From NCBI GenBank assembly GCA_964432825.1, contig CAYSOX010000002.1:16188-80187 (forward strand): 64,000 nucleotides of DNA, given 5' to 3'. Below the pieces are notes generated by a model. The model saw only the letters and a program-made list of their open reading frames with translations. It had not been told where the DNA came from and did not search any database. Every line of letters begins with the position of its first letter. Within the stretch, counting starts at the first letter, position 1. The position numbers and the translations under genes are program-made. This document shows, in pieces, positions 1 through 9,960 of this stretch. This stretch comes from an uncultured Lachnospiraceae bacterium. Lineage in GTDB: Bacteria; Bacillota; Clostridia; Christensenellales; UBA1242.

Positions 1-824
1 TTATTGATCAAAAATTTTCCGCAAGAAATGCACAAATTTATAAAATGCATGTTGGCTTAGGATATCCAAAGCCTTACTCTCTTGACGAAATCGGAAAAAT
101 TTTCGGTTTAACCCGTTCTAGAATAGGTCAAATTATTCAATCGGTAGATTATAAGTTAGAAATTTTTATGCGTTTAAATTTTGACACCTATTATCCTGAG
201 TTTTATCCAGAAAATTCCAAACACTTAACCTTTTCATCCATCGAAGAGAGAAATTTGTATATTTATGAATCTTATTATGGTTTAAACGGAAGAACGGCAA
301 AGTCCACTCGAGCACTATCAATAGAAACTTCATTTAGTCAGCAAACCATTAATAGAATTATTAGACTTATGAGTGATCAAAAACAACCTTTTTTTCCATT
401 CTTTGATGAACATGAAAAAGCTTTAGGTAAAAGTATTTTACAAGCATATTATGGAATTGATTGCACCCCACAATCGCCTGAGGAGATTATGGCAAAGTTC
501 AATGTTTCCGACCGATATTTACAAAAAGTCCTAAGAAATTATTCTAAATATATTTCACCTGAAACAATTAAAAAAGCACGAGAACAAAAACGCATTCAAC
601 TTGCTGAAGAAAAATTATTGTTTTGGGCAACTCTTTATTGTAAATCAAAAGGAATCAACGGCTATCAACCTTCTTGCTTTAAAAGTCTTGCAATGGAATA
701 TCGGGTTTATCCAGCAACTATCGCAAAATATATTAACAATTTCAAAAATTATTATGCTTCTCTTACAAAAGGAGAACAACTTGATTTGCTTGCAAAAGTT
801 CGTAATAATCCAGAAAAAGATTAG
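1..824 (+). CDS. Protein with four tandem sigma-70 region-4-like HTH repeats; 5' end cut by the window edge
   Basis: The frame is open from nt 3, with no stop upstream of the listed Met at 45, so the gene starts outside the window. The first repeat, ARNAQIYKMHVGLG..YSLDEIGKIFGLTRSRIGQI, fits the sigma-70 r4.2 pattern. Three weaker copies follow: YYGLNG..SQQTINRII; YYGIDC..SPEEIMAKFNVSDRYLQKV; YRVYPATIAKYI. Confidence 0.55.
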   Translation, partial: IDQKFSARNAQIYKMHVGLGYPKPYSLDEIGKIFGLTRSRIGQIIQSVDYKLEIFMRLNFDTYYPEFYPENSKHLTFSSIEERNLYIYESYYGLNGRTAKSTRALSIETSFSQQTINRIIRLMSDQKQPFFPFFDEHEKALGKSILQAYYGIDCTPQSPEEIMAKFNVSDRYLQKVLRNYSKYISPETIKKAREQKRIQLAEEKLLFWATLYCKSKGINGYQPSCFKSLAMEYRVYPATIAKYINNFKNYYASLTKGEQLDLLAKVRNNPEKD

Positions 825-1559
825 TTTACTTTATATTTATTTTGTACCCTAAAAAATTACTTTGTCCTTCTCTTTAAACCTAAAAGAACTTAGTTTTCGC
901 GTGATTACTAAAATTTTTAACTTAGTTTATTTTCTAAGTTTAAGATAAACTTGCCGTTCACTTATTAACTTAAAAAGAACTTACTTTCTGTTTTTAATAA
1001 AAATTTTAACTTGATTTTCTAATTTACACTTTTGAGCCAAAAACTGATTTCATTTACACTTTAATGTAAAATTTTATCTTTTTCACTTTTAAACAAAAAT
1101 AAAAACTTACTCAAAATTATTATTTTTTCAGCCCCGAAAGTTTTTAAACTTCTAGGGTTAAAAATTTGATTTGAGTAGTTTTTTTTATTGTTTTTTTGCA
1201 CTTACATTTTTATCTTTTTAACTTCTAAAATTAAAAACTTTGATTCTAACCCGTAGGGTTAATTTACTTAATGTGTTTTTCTTTTTTGTTATCCGTTTTA
1301 AGCAAACTTGCCCTTCGCTTAAGTTTTTATTTTTTTCGCTTACACGGCTTTGCCTTTTAATCTTTTAACTACATTATTTGTTTTGTCTTTTTAATTTTTA
1401 ATTTTAAACTAGTTTATTTATTTTACCCTTTTTAATCCTTTAGCAGTTTTAATCCTTTACTATTTTTAATCTTTTGCTATTCTATTAAATAAAAAATAAA
1501 TTGTTTCACATTTTTAAATCTAGTTTTAATACTAATATTTATATATTTTTGTTGTTGCC

Positions 1560-2240
1560 AATACCAAAACGGATATGTACATATATATTATTTAAAATTA
1601 TATTTATAATTATATTGATACTTATATTAATAATTATATATAATTTTTTTATAATTAAATAAATATTTATATATAATTATATTTATAATAATATTAATAT
1701 ATTATATATATCTTTATTTATAATCAAATTAATATTTATATATAATTATACTTATAACAATATTAATATATTTATATATATATTTTTTTATTAATAATTT
1801 TTTTATAATTATATTTATATTTCAAATTATATTTATATTATTTATATATTTAGTTAAATTTGTTATAACTAAATATGCAAGCACATTTGCAATTTAATTT
1901 GTAATTTTTTGTGATGATTTGAGACTATCCTTATAATTATATTTAATATTTTTATAATTATAAAATAATACAATATTTGATATTTTAATTTTATATTACT
2001 ATTTAATAACTAAATATTATAATATTATATAATTATAAGTTATTTAATTATATAATAAATATTAGATATGCAAAAATGTCTCAATTGTAATTTTTCTTGA
2101 TTTAACCATTTATTTTATCTAATTTATTATAACTTTTAATTAGTTATAATAATTATAAAAATAACTTTAATGAATTTAATATACCACTTGCAAAAGTTCT
2201 CAATTTCAGTTATAATATTAGGTGACAAAATTTAATTAGG
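1560..2240. repeat. Hyper-AT block upstream of dnaA built from degenerate TATAATTATATTTATA-type units; candidate unwinding region of oriC
   Basis: I count 8 G/C in the 280 nt from 1581 to 1860 (about 3% GC). The unit TATAATTATA(T/C)TTATA recurs near 1597, 1672, 1741, 1804, 1826 and 1932. Three slightly GC-richer islands (about 1871-1925, 2062-2100, 2181-2210) share TGCAA...CAATT strings. Confidence 0.8.
2188..2216 (+). promoter_or_regulatory. Candidate sigma-A promoter of dnaA
   Basis: TTGCAA (2188-2193), a 17-nt spacer, then TATAAT (2211-2216), 35 nt upstream of the dnaA ATG. Confidence 0.5.
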
Positions 2241-2250
2241 ATAGGTGTAT

Positions 2251-3651
2251 ATGAGCAAACAAAATACATTTGACACTTCTTCTGAGCCGGATTTTGTTAA
2301 TATTTGGGAAGAGGCAAAAAGTTATCTTCAATCAAAAATCACCGCTTTTGAATTTGATATGTGGATAAAAGGGCTAGAACCCTTAATGATTAAAGATAAT
2401 TGCTTAATTTTAGAATCAAAAACGCAAGGCAATAAAGCCGTTGTTATGAAAAAAGCGGATATTATTGAAGATGCACTTAAAAAAGTTTCTAGAGTTGTAA
2501 CCAAATTTAACATTTTTGTTGAGAACGAAGAAGAATATTTAGAATTAAAAAAAGAAAAAGAGGATGTCGATAAAGGATTTGACCTTCCAAAAAAAGCCCA
2601 AAAACGCACTTCTTTTGCATTTAATCCTAGATTCACCTTTGATAACTATGTTATAGGTCCATCCAATGAGTTTACTGTAGCAGCGGCGAAAGCGGTTGCA
2701 GCACGCCCTGGAACAAATTATAACCCCTTATTTATTTATGGCGGTGTAGGACTTGGAAAAACTCATCTTTTGCATGCAATTGGCAATGCAATTTGCGAGT
2801 TACATCCAGAATTAAATGTAGTTTATGTAACAATTGAAGAGTTTACAAACGAATTTATTGAAACGGTTAAACAAAATGAACTAAGTTTTAATATTGGTTT
2901 TAGAAACAAATATCGAACAGCCGATGTCTTAATTATTGATGATATTCAGTCAATTATTGGCAAAAATCGTGTTCAAGAGGAGTTTTTCCACACATTTAAT
3001 GCACTAAAAAGCCAAAATAAGCAAATTGTGTTAAGTTCGGATAGACCACCAAAAGAGTTTAAAACTTTACTTGAAGACCGAATAGTTAGCCGTTTTGAAG
3101 ATAGTCTTTTCACCGATATTGGAATACCTGAAATTGAAACTCGAATTGCAATTTTGAAGAAAAAGTGCTATATGGATAGACAAGTTGTTGACGATGACGC
3201 ATTATATTACATTGCTGAAGGAATGACTTCTAATGTCCGTGAACTTGAAGGCTTTTTATCTAGATGTGTATTCTATGCCGGGCTCCTTAAAAAGCCAAAA
3301 GTTACCTTAGAAATTGCAAAAGAAGCCTTAAAAAACTACATAACAGCAAAAAAAGTGACTTATGATAGCGATAAAATAATTGAAAAAGTGTGTTCGTACT
3401 TTGAAGTTAGTAAAAATCAACTTTTAGGCAAGGATCGTCGCAAAGAACTTTCTTATGCTAGGCAAATTGCAATGTACCTACTTGACGAATTGATGAATAT
3501 GCCGTATACTTCTATTGGTAAGATTTTCGGAAAAGACCATGCTACCGTAATTTACTGTAAAAATAAGGTAAGTTCTGAACTTGAAACCAATAAATTATTG
3601 GAAGTCCAAATTAAAGATTTGAAAGGTCTTTGCGGAGCCAATGTTGAATAG
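2251..3651 (+). CDS. dnaA: Chromosomal replication initiator DnaA
   Basis: Walker A GGVGLGKTHLLHAIG, the AAA+ core, and a C-terminal DNA-binding domain (ARQIAMYL..SIGKIFG.DHATV). I prefer the ATG at 2251 (AGG 5 nt upstream) to the GTG at 2245 in the ORF track. Confidence 0.97.
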   Translation: MSKQNTFDTSSEPDFVNIWEEAKSYLQSKITAFEFDMWIKGLEPLMIKDNCLILESKTQGNKAVVMKKADIIEDALKKVSRVVTKFNIFVENEEEYLELKKEKEDVDKGFDLPKKAQKRTSFAFNPRFTFDNYVIGPSNEFTVAAAKAVAARPGTNYNPLFIYGGVGLGKTHLLHAIGNAICELHPELNVVYVTIEEFTNEFIETVKQNELSFNIGFRNKYRTADVLIIDDIQSIIGKNRVQEEFFHTFNALKSQNKQIVLSSDRPPKEFKTLLEDRIVSRFEDSLFTDIGIPEIETRIAILKKKCYMDRQVVDDDALYYIAEGMTSNVRELEGFLSRCVFYAGLLKKPKVTLEIAKEALKNYITAKKVTYDSDKIIEKVCSYFEVSKNQLLGKDRRKELSYARQIAMYLLDELMNMPYTSIGKIFGKDHATVIYCKNKVSSELETNKLLEVQIKDLKGLCGANVE

Positions 3652-3664
3652 TAGTAAATTTAAC

Positions 3665-3778
3665 TTTTCAACAGGTTTTAAACAGGGTGTTAAAAACTTT
3701 TCAAAGTTTTCAACAAGTTTTTAGTCTCGTTTTTCCCTTTATTTTAAAGGATTTTAAACACTTTTCAACTTTTCAACA
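3665..3778. promoter_or_regulatory. Cluster of DnaA-box-like 9-mers TTTTCAACA in the dnaA-dnaN spacer
   Basis: TTTTCAACA occurs at 3665-3673, 3707-3715 and 3770-3778, and TTTTCAACT at 3762-3770. Degenerate copies are TTTTCAAAG (3697-3705) and an inverted TGTTAAAAA (3689-3697). The main copies share one orientation. Each differs from TTATCCACA at 2 positions. Confidence 0.5.
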
Positions 3779-3845
3779 CCCCCTACTACTACTATTACTA
3801 TCTAAAAAATAAAAATAAATAGTTATATATAAGGAGAAAAACCAC

Positions 3846-4949
3846 ATGAAACTTATTTGTGATGGGTTTGAACTTAGTGAAGCAGTAAACACTGTTTTAA
3901 AAGCTACTGCTATTAGGTCTACAAATCCAATTTTAGAAGGCATTAAACTTAAAGCCGAAAATGATGTTTTAACTTTACAAGCAACTGATTTGGAGTTAAG
4001 CATTGAAAAGCGTATTGTCGCTGATGTTAAAATAGAAGGTGAAGCCGTTGTTGCGGGTAGATTCTTTGCCGAACTTATCAAAAAACTTAATAATGAGAAA
4101 ATTGAAATTACAAAAAATCCAGATGAAAATAAAATTAAAATCAAATATACCGACTCTGAAGGATATCTTCAAAGTTTACCAGTAAGTGAATTTCCTGAAA
4201 TAAAGCAAATTGAAAGTGCTGATTCTATAAAAATCAAACAAAATGATTTTAGAGATTTGATTTCAAAAACCATTTTTAGTGCATCTTACGATGATGCAAG
4301 GCCTATTTTAAAGGGCGTTTTAATGGAAGTAACCGAAAATAAAATAACGGGAATTGCGCTAGATGGCTACAGAATGGCTGTTTGCTCAAAGCCAATACAA
4401 AGCACTTCTTCATTTACATATATTTGTCCAGCAAAAAGTTTGGCAGAAATAAGTAAAATTATTGGCGACGATGATGAAGAGTTAGAAATCTTCATTCAAA
4501 AGAACTACATTTTAATAAATGTAGATGAAACAAAGATTATTACAAGACTTCTTGATGGTGACTTTATTAATTATAAGCAAGTTATTCCAGTTTCTACTTC
4601 TACCATTGTGACGGTAGCAAAGAGATTTTTGGAAGAAGCGATAGAGCGCGCAAGTTTGCTTGCAAGATTAAATAAAAACAATCTTATAACTTTTGATATA
4701 AAAGAGAACTTGATGAGCGTTTCTAGTTCATCCGAACTTGGAAATATCACCGAAAAAATTTCTATTTCTGCAAAAGGAAAGGATTTGACTGTTGCATTTA
4801 ATGCAAGATATTTCAGCGAGAGTTTAAAAAGCATAAGTGACGAGTATGTAAATATTAACTTTACCTCTCCAATTGCACCTTGCACAATAACCGCTACCGA
4901 AAACAGTGAATATTTATATTTAATTTTACCAGTAAGAATTGTAAACTAA
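3846..4949 (+). CDS. dnaN: DNA polymerase III beta sliding clamp
   Basis: About 367 aa with three-domain clamp-like sequence (MKLICD..L..AV..V; LDGYRM; ..YLILPVRI at the C-terminus). RBS AAGGAG. Canonical position after dnaA. Confidence 0.97.
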   Translation: MKLICDGFELSEAVNTVLKATAIRSTNPILEGIKLKAENDVLTLQATDLELSIEKRIVADVKIEGEAVVAGRFFAELIKKLNNEKIEITKNPDENKIKIKYTDSEGYLQSLPVSEFPEIKQIESADSIKIKQNDFRDLISKTIFSASYDDARPILKGVLMEVTENKITGIALDGYRMAVCSKPIQSTSSFTYICPAKSLAEISKIIGDDDEELEIFIQKNYILINVDETKIITRLLDGDFINYKQVIPVSTSTIVTVAKRFLEEAIERASLLARLNKNNLITFDIKENLMSVSSSSELGNITEKISISAKGKDLTVAFNARYFSESLKSISDEYVNINFTSPIAPCTITATENSEYLYLILPVRIVN

Positions 4950-4966
4950 AAATTATTTAAATTTTA

Positions 4967-5020
4967 AAAACAGGTTTTAAGTTAGAAGGACACTTCAATT
5001 AAAAACCTGTTTTATTTTTG
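4967..5020 (+). terminator. Intrinsic terminator after dnaN
   Basis: A perfect 12-bp stem, AAAACAGGTTTT (4967-4978) paired with AAAACCTGTTTT (5002-5013), followed by a T-rich tail. The loop is rather large (23 nt). Confidence 0.55.
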
Positions 5021-5058
5021 TCTTAAAAAAAATATATTTTTAACAATTGTTTAACTGT

Positions 5059-5753
5059 TGTTGAAAACCAATTAAAAACTATTAAAAAAAATTTAAAAAT
5101 TAGAGTAATTTATAAATAACATCAATCTGAAATATTATTTCAAAACCTATGTAAGTTTAAAAAAACTAAAATAAAAATTCTAAACTATCAAATATAATAA
5201 TTTCAAACGGTGTTTTATGTGATAAGATGCTAGTTTGAAAATCTAAAACAAATAACTGGAAAAACGTTAAAAATAAATTCACTCCGCAAAAAGTTAAAAT
5301 AAAATTAAAAATTATTCAAAATATAATCAGTTTTTAAATAATCAAAAAATATTCTAAAAAATTAAAACTTAAATTTAAAATTTATATAACGATTGACTTG
5401 CATATTAAACCTAAAAAACAAAAAACTATTAAAAATGTGTAATAGATTTAATCTTTGAAGTTAAAAATTTTGACAATTGAACTAAAAAAAGACTAAAGGA
5501 GGTGTTTTGTATCTATAAAAAATAGTAAATTTTAGTTTATAAGACATTTTTCCAAAAAATAAAAGTCTAACTTTTATTAAACTCAAAAATAATAATCACA
5601 ATTTGTGCATATAAAATATATATAAATAATATTAAAAATTCTGTTACAAATCGTCTGAGAGGCTTGAAAAGTTGAAAAGTGGTAGGTTTTTAACTTTTTT
5701 AAAATCATTGTTGAAAAAGTGTTGAAAACTTCAAAAAAATTTATTTGTCAACA
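5059..5753. promoter_or_regulatory. Second, opposite-orientation cluster of the same 9-mer (TGTTGAAAA) downstream of dnaN
   Basis: TGTTGAAAA at 5059-5067, 5709-5717 and 5720-5728. AGTTGAAAA at 5670-5678 and CTTGAAAA just before it. An inverted TTGTCAACA at 5745-5753. Confidence 0.4.
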
Positions 5754-5972
5754 AAAATTTAAAAATTTTTTAAAAATTGGAAAAATTTGTATATTTTAAC
5801 AGAAAAAAAATTTGTGTTCAAAAAGTACTTTACAAAAATCGCGTTTGGGTGTAATTTATTATTACACTAAAATTTTAATGGGTTAATAGCAAGTCTTGAC
5901 TATTATAAATTTAGTGTGGCTTATTATACTAAAATAAAATGTTGTAACACAAAATAATAGAGGAGTAAAAAG

Positions 5973-6662
5973 ATGAGTAATCGCAGTTTAAGAAAAGATG
6001 AACGCTTGTTTGAACCGTCTGAAATTGTTTTATTAACAATTTTGGGGCTTTTGCTTGTGTTAAATATTTTGACTGCAATTATGAGTCAAGTCGCGGTGAA
6101 CTCGCATATAGGGAATCTATTTTCTGCCAATATGATAAAGAGTTTTGTATATTCAATCATTACGGCACTTTGCTTATACCTAGTTGGAACGCTAATAAAA
6201 AATCAAAAAATTAATCTTAAAGATTGGCTTGCAATTTCCTTTTATGCAGTTGTGTTTTTGCTAGTAAATGTGTACAACTTATTTGGGCTTTTTAATTACT
6301 TGATTTTGAATATATTTGCCGAACTTTTAATCGGTGTAAGTTTTGCAATTATAGGAGTTTCGGTATATTATAATTATTTAAAAAATGAGAACAATCGTGT
6401 AAAAGCGAAGGCAATTGTGGTTTGTATTTTTGCATTAACTTTTTCAATTGCGGGAGGCTTTTTGATTGAATTGTTAAAATATCTGGCTTCGCTAATTTTT
6501 GGAAATACCTTTTATTCATTTGGAAAAGTTGCATTAAATGTTTTGTATGCAACTGTTGGATCGCTAATAATAGATACCATCTTCTTCTTTTCGTTGAAGG
6601 GAAGCAAAAAATTAATCAATGCATGTTTAATAGATGTTGAAATGGGTGAATATGAGGACTAG
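5973..6662 (+). CDS. Hypothetical polytopic membrane protein
   Basis: RBS GAGGAG. 229 aa with about 6 hydrophobic segments. I recognise no family motif. Confidence 0.7.
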   Translation: MSNRSLRKDERLFEPSEIVLLTILGLLLVLNILTAIMSQVAVNSHIGNLFSANMIKSFVYSIITALCLYLVGTLIKNQKINLKDWLAISFYAVVFLLVNVYNLFGLFNYLILNIFAELLIGVSFAIIGVSVYYNYLKNENNRVKAKAIVVCIFALTFSIAGGFLIELLKYLASLIFGNTFYSFGKVALNVLYATVGSLIIDTIFFFSLKGSKKLINACLIDVEMGEYED

Positions 6663-7075
6663 AGAAAAGGCATTTATTAGAGAGTATGCTAATTAAAGTT
6701 TTTTGCGAACAGTTGGTTTTTAAAAAATAGTAATATTGCATTTTCAAAAAATAATTAAAGCCGTTGTTTTAAAAAAGATGCTAAAAGTTACTAAAAATTA
6801 AAAAAATTAAACTATTGAATTAAACTCGAAAAGTCGTTTAACTTTTTGAAATTATACCCCATTTTATTAAGATTATTTTTATGTAACAATCGATGCAAAT
6901 TTTTTATTTTTAAATAAAAAATAGAAATTTATAAAATGAGTTTTTAACAAAAAAGAAGTTTATTGTTAAAAACTATTGATTGCCAAAATTTAGTTTTTAA
7001 CATAATTTAAAAACTTATTAAAAACAAAATTTGAATATATTTGCAATAATTAATAAAACTAAAATTAAAAAAATT

Positions 7076-7102
7076 CTATCACGGCAGAGTGATAGTTTTT
7101 TT
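7076..7102. terminator. Intrinsic terminator, possibly bidirectional
   Basis: Stem CTATCAC (7076-7082) pairs with GTGATAG (7089-7095), loop GGCAGA, then T7. An A-run lies upstream. Confidence 0.6.
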
Positions 7103-9649
7103 ATTTGCAAAAAATTTTTTACTAATTTTTTAATTAAACAATGCAAAAACAATATCAAAATTTTATTGGAAAAAATTTTTATAAGTTTAAATTTTTAGTT
7201 TTTTTAAACCTAAAAGTAAAGTTAAAACAAAAAAAAATATTTTAAGAAAGAGGTGATTTTTTATAAAAACAACTTTATATAAACCCAGCAAAAAACATAT
7301 TTATAAAGGTCAAAAAAAGTCAAAAATATCTAGTGTTATCCAAAAACAATTTTAGTTAATTATATATTTATTTAATAATTTTATAAATTGATTTTTAACA
7401 AGTTAATATATATATTGTTAAAAAATAATTAAACAAAAAGTTATTATTGTATTAATAATCGCTTCTGGCAACTAGTCTGTTGTGATTAAAATTTAAAAAC
7501 AGAAATTTAAACAAATTGTGGTGGTTGGTTTTTTTAAAGTGGAAAAAAAGTCTTAAAACTGATGTTGAGATAAATTGCAATGTAATGTGTTTTGATATGA
7601 TAAGACAAATTTAATCCCCTAATTATACATAGACTGGATATTATCGTTTGAAGTGGAGAAAAAAACCTAAAAACCAATGTTAATACAAATTGTGATAATA
7701 GAGATTATTGTAGGTTAAGTTAATTAGTTTTTAAAAAGACAAACAAATAAACTTTTTGCATAACGAAAATAATATTCAAGGCAGAAAGAGTGCGAATCTG
7801 TTGGGTGGTGTGTTTTAAAAGTGAAAAGCGATACTAATTGCGATATTTAATAATCGGTCTGTGGTGGTAGTGAATAGTAGCAAAGTTAGTTAAACTTTAA
7901 CACTGTGTAGGATATAAACCTCAAAGTGAGAGAATTGTTGCAAATGTTTATATATTCAAAAATTGAAGGATAATACACGGTGTGATAACTTGTGACCACT
8001 AGCGTGGAGTGAATGCGATTATAACCAATAAACTTTAAAACAACGATTTATATATTGCTTGTTCGCGGAAGGTGAACTGAAGGCATTTTTTTATTTTTAG
8101 CGATTTTAGTAACTTAAACTATGAAGATAAGATTTTTATTTTGTAGTGGTGACGGCACTAAATTTAAAGAAATGTAAAAGAATTGCTTTGTGGATGTGTG
8201 AATAAATAATCAACATTGTTAAAAACTACTTTATTAAAACTATTTTTTTAAGAGAATATTATAAAATAAAAACAAAATGGCGATTGGAAAAATATTAAAC
8301 TGTTCCGCAAAAAAGATTAATTTTAAAGTTGGATAATATTTATAAGTTTAAAAAATATGATTAAGTTTTTGTTTGGTGATAAATTAATTTTTAAGTGGAA
8401 ATAAGTGGATTATATGCCCACTAAAGGGTTAAAAATTTAAACAAAGTAATTTATGCTTTAGTGTTTAAACTGTCAAATTTGGACGGAATAAGGCATTAAA
8501 AACTACCCTATTATAAAATATTTAAAAAAATTAATTTTGCGGTCTTTGCCTTTATTTTTAAGAAGTTTAGTGGGGTTAAAATTTGCAGGCTGTGACACAA
8601 AATCGTGCAAAGCAAAAATTTATAACTTATAATAAAAGTAAGCTTAAAAGAAGGAGGAGAAGGCTATAAAACAAAAAAAACATAAAACCAATCAAAAAAC
8701 TTATAACAGATTACTTGAGGTTGTAAGAATTCAGCCCGAAGGGATAAAACACTACAGCAGATGGTTTTACATATAGTAAAAACAAAATTTTTAATTTTAT
8801 AGGTGCAAAAACAATAAATTTTGAGGATAACAAAAATTTATTTTGCTAGTACATGTTATGTGATTAAAAGCATAAAGAAATTAAACTTCTGGTTGAAACA
8901 TGGATTCCCTACAAGTTGCCCCAAAGGGTCAAAATATGAAAAATTTTACATTTGTTTGATGTTACACAATTCTGCCCCTGCGTAATAAGGCAAACGCTTT
9001 ATTTTTATATTAAGAAAGTAAAATTTTCGCGTTGTTTAAAATTTGGTGTTATTGAACCGAAGAGTTAAATTTTGACAGTTAGTGTATGATCCTTAACGCT
9101 ATGAATTTACTACTGAATATGTTTAATTTTCCCGCTTATGATAATATGTGGTTATGTGGCATAGAAGTTTAAATAAAATAAACTTTTAGTTGTGGCTTAG
9201 GTTTTTACAAGTTGTGCTAAGTTGTTGCGGAAACTATTGCCATTAACCACTTTAAAAGGTGTAATTGCGTCACTAAAAGCTATCTTATGCCAATATATCA
9301 AAATTAAGGAGAACGAATGAAAAAGAATAAAAAAATCAAAATTTATAACGACAGCTAAATTGATGTTGTGAGTGTATTATATAGCACTAAAAAAAGACTT
9401 AAATAAAGCATAAAGTTGCAAAGAATAAAATAAAATTTACAACGACAATTGAATTATTAATGCGGTTAATTTTAGAAATATGAAATAAAGATTGTAGACA
9501 AGGCTTTAATGCTTGTACAAATTTAAAAATTCAAACATTAAAAAACAAAATGTTGGATAAAACATGGGGTACATTTACAAGATTGGACAATGTTAATAAA
9601 TTAACCAGTTATTAATTTACAAATCAATTTTTATTTGAAATAAAACCAA

Positions 9650-9960
9650 AAATGCGGTTTTAACAAATTTTATTTTAACTGTTAGAAATTAAAGGTTTTA
9701 GGGATAGACATAAATAACTAACACAGAAATATAAAGAAAACAAGTGTAAATCCTCTAAAAACTAAACAACTTTATTAGCTTCACTTAAATATATATTACG
9801 AAGCCGTTTTTATCTGAAGAAAACAAAAAATTTTTAACAGTTTTTTAGTAGACTGAAATTAAAGGTTTTATAAAAAAACAAAAAAAACAAACGCAGAAAT
9901 AGAAGGCGAAATCAATCATAAATTCACCGAAATAAAAAGTAAAAACAGCCACAAAATCTA
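9650..9960. repeat. Diverged tandem duplication of about 170 bp
   Basis: The exact 16-mer GAAATTAAAGGTTTTA occurs at 9685-9700 and 9855-9870. AC(A/G)CAGAAATA occurs at 9721 and 9891, the same 170-nt offset. Flanking TTTTAAC(T/A)GTT strings are also shared. Confidence 0.75.

Noticed and set aside
601-852. An 83-aa + strand ORF overlapping the 3' end of the multi-HTH gene.
   Set aside because: It is an alternate frame of a longer ORF with recognisable HTH repeats, and it has no RBS.
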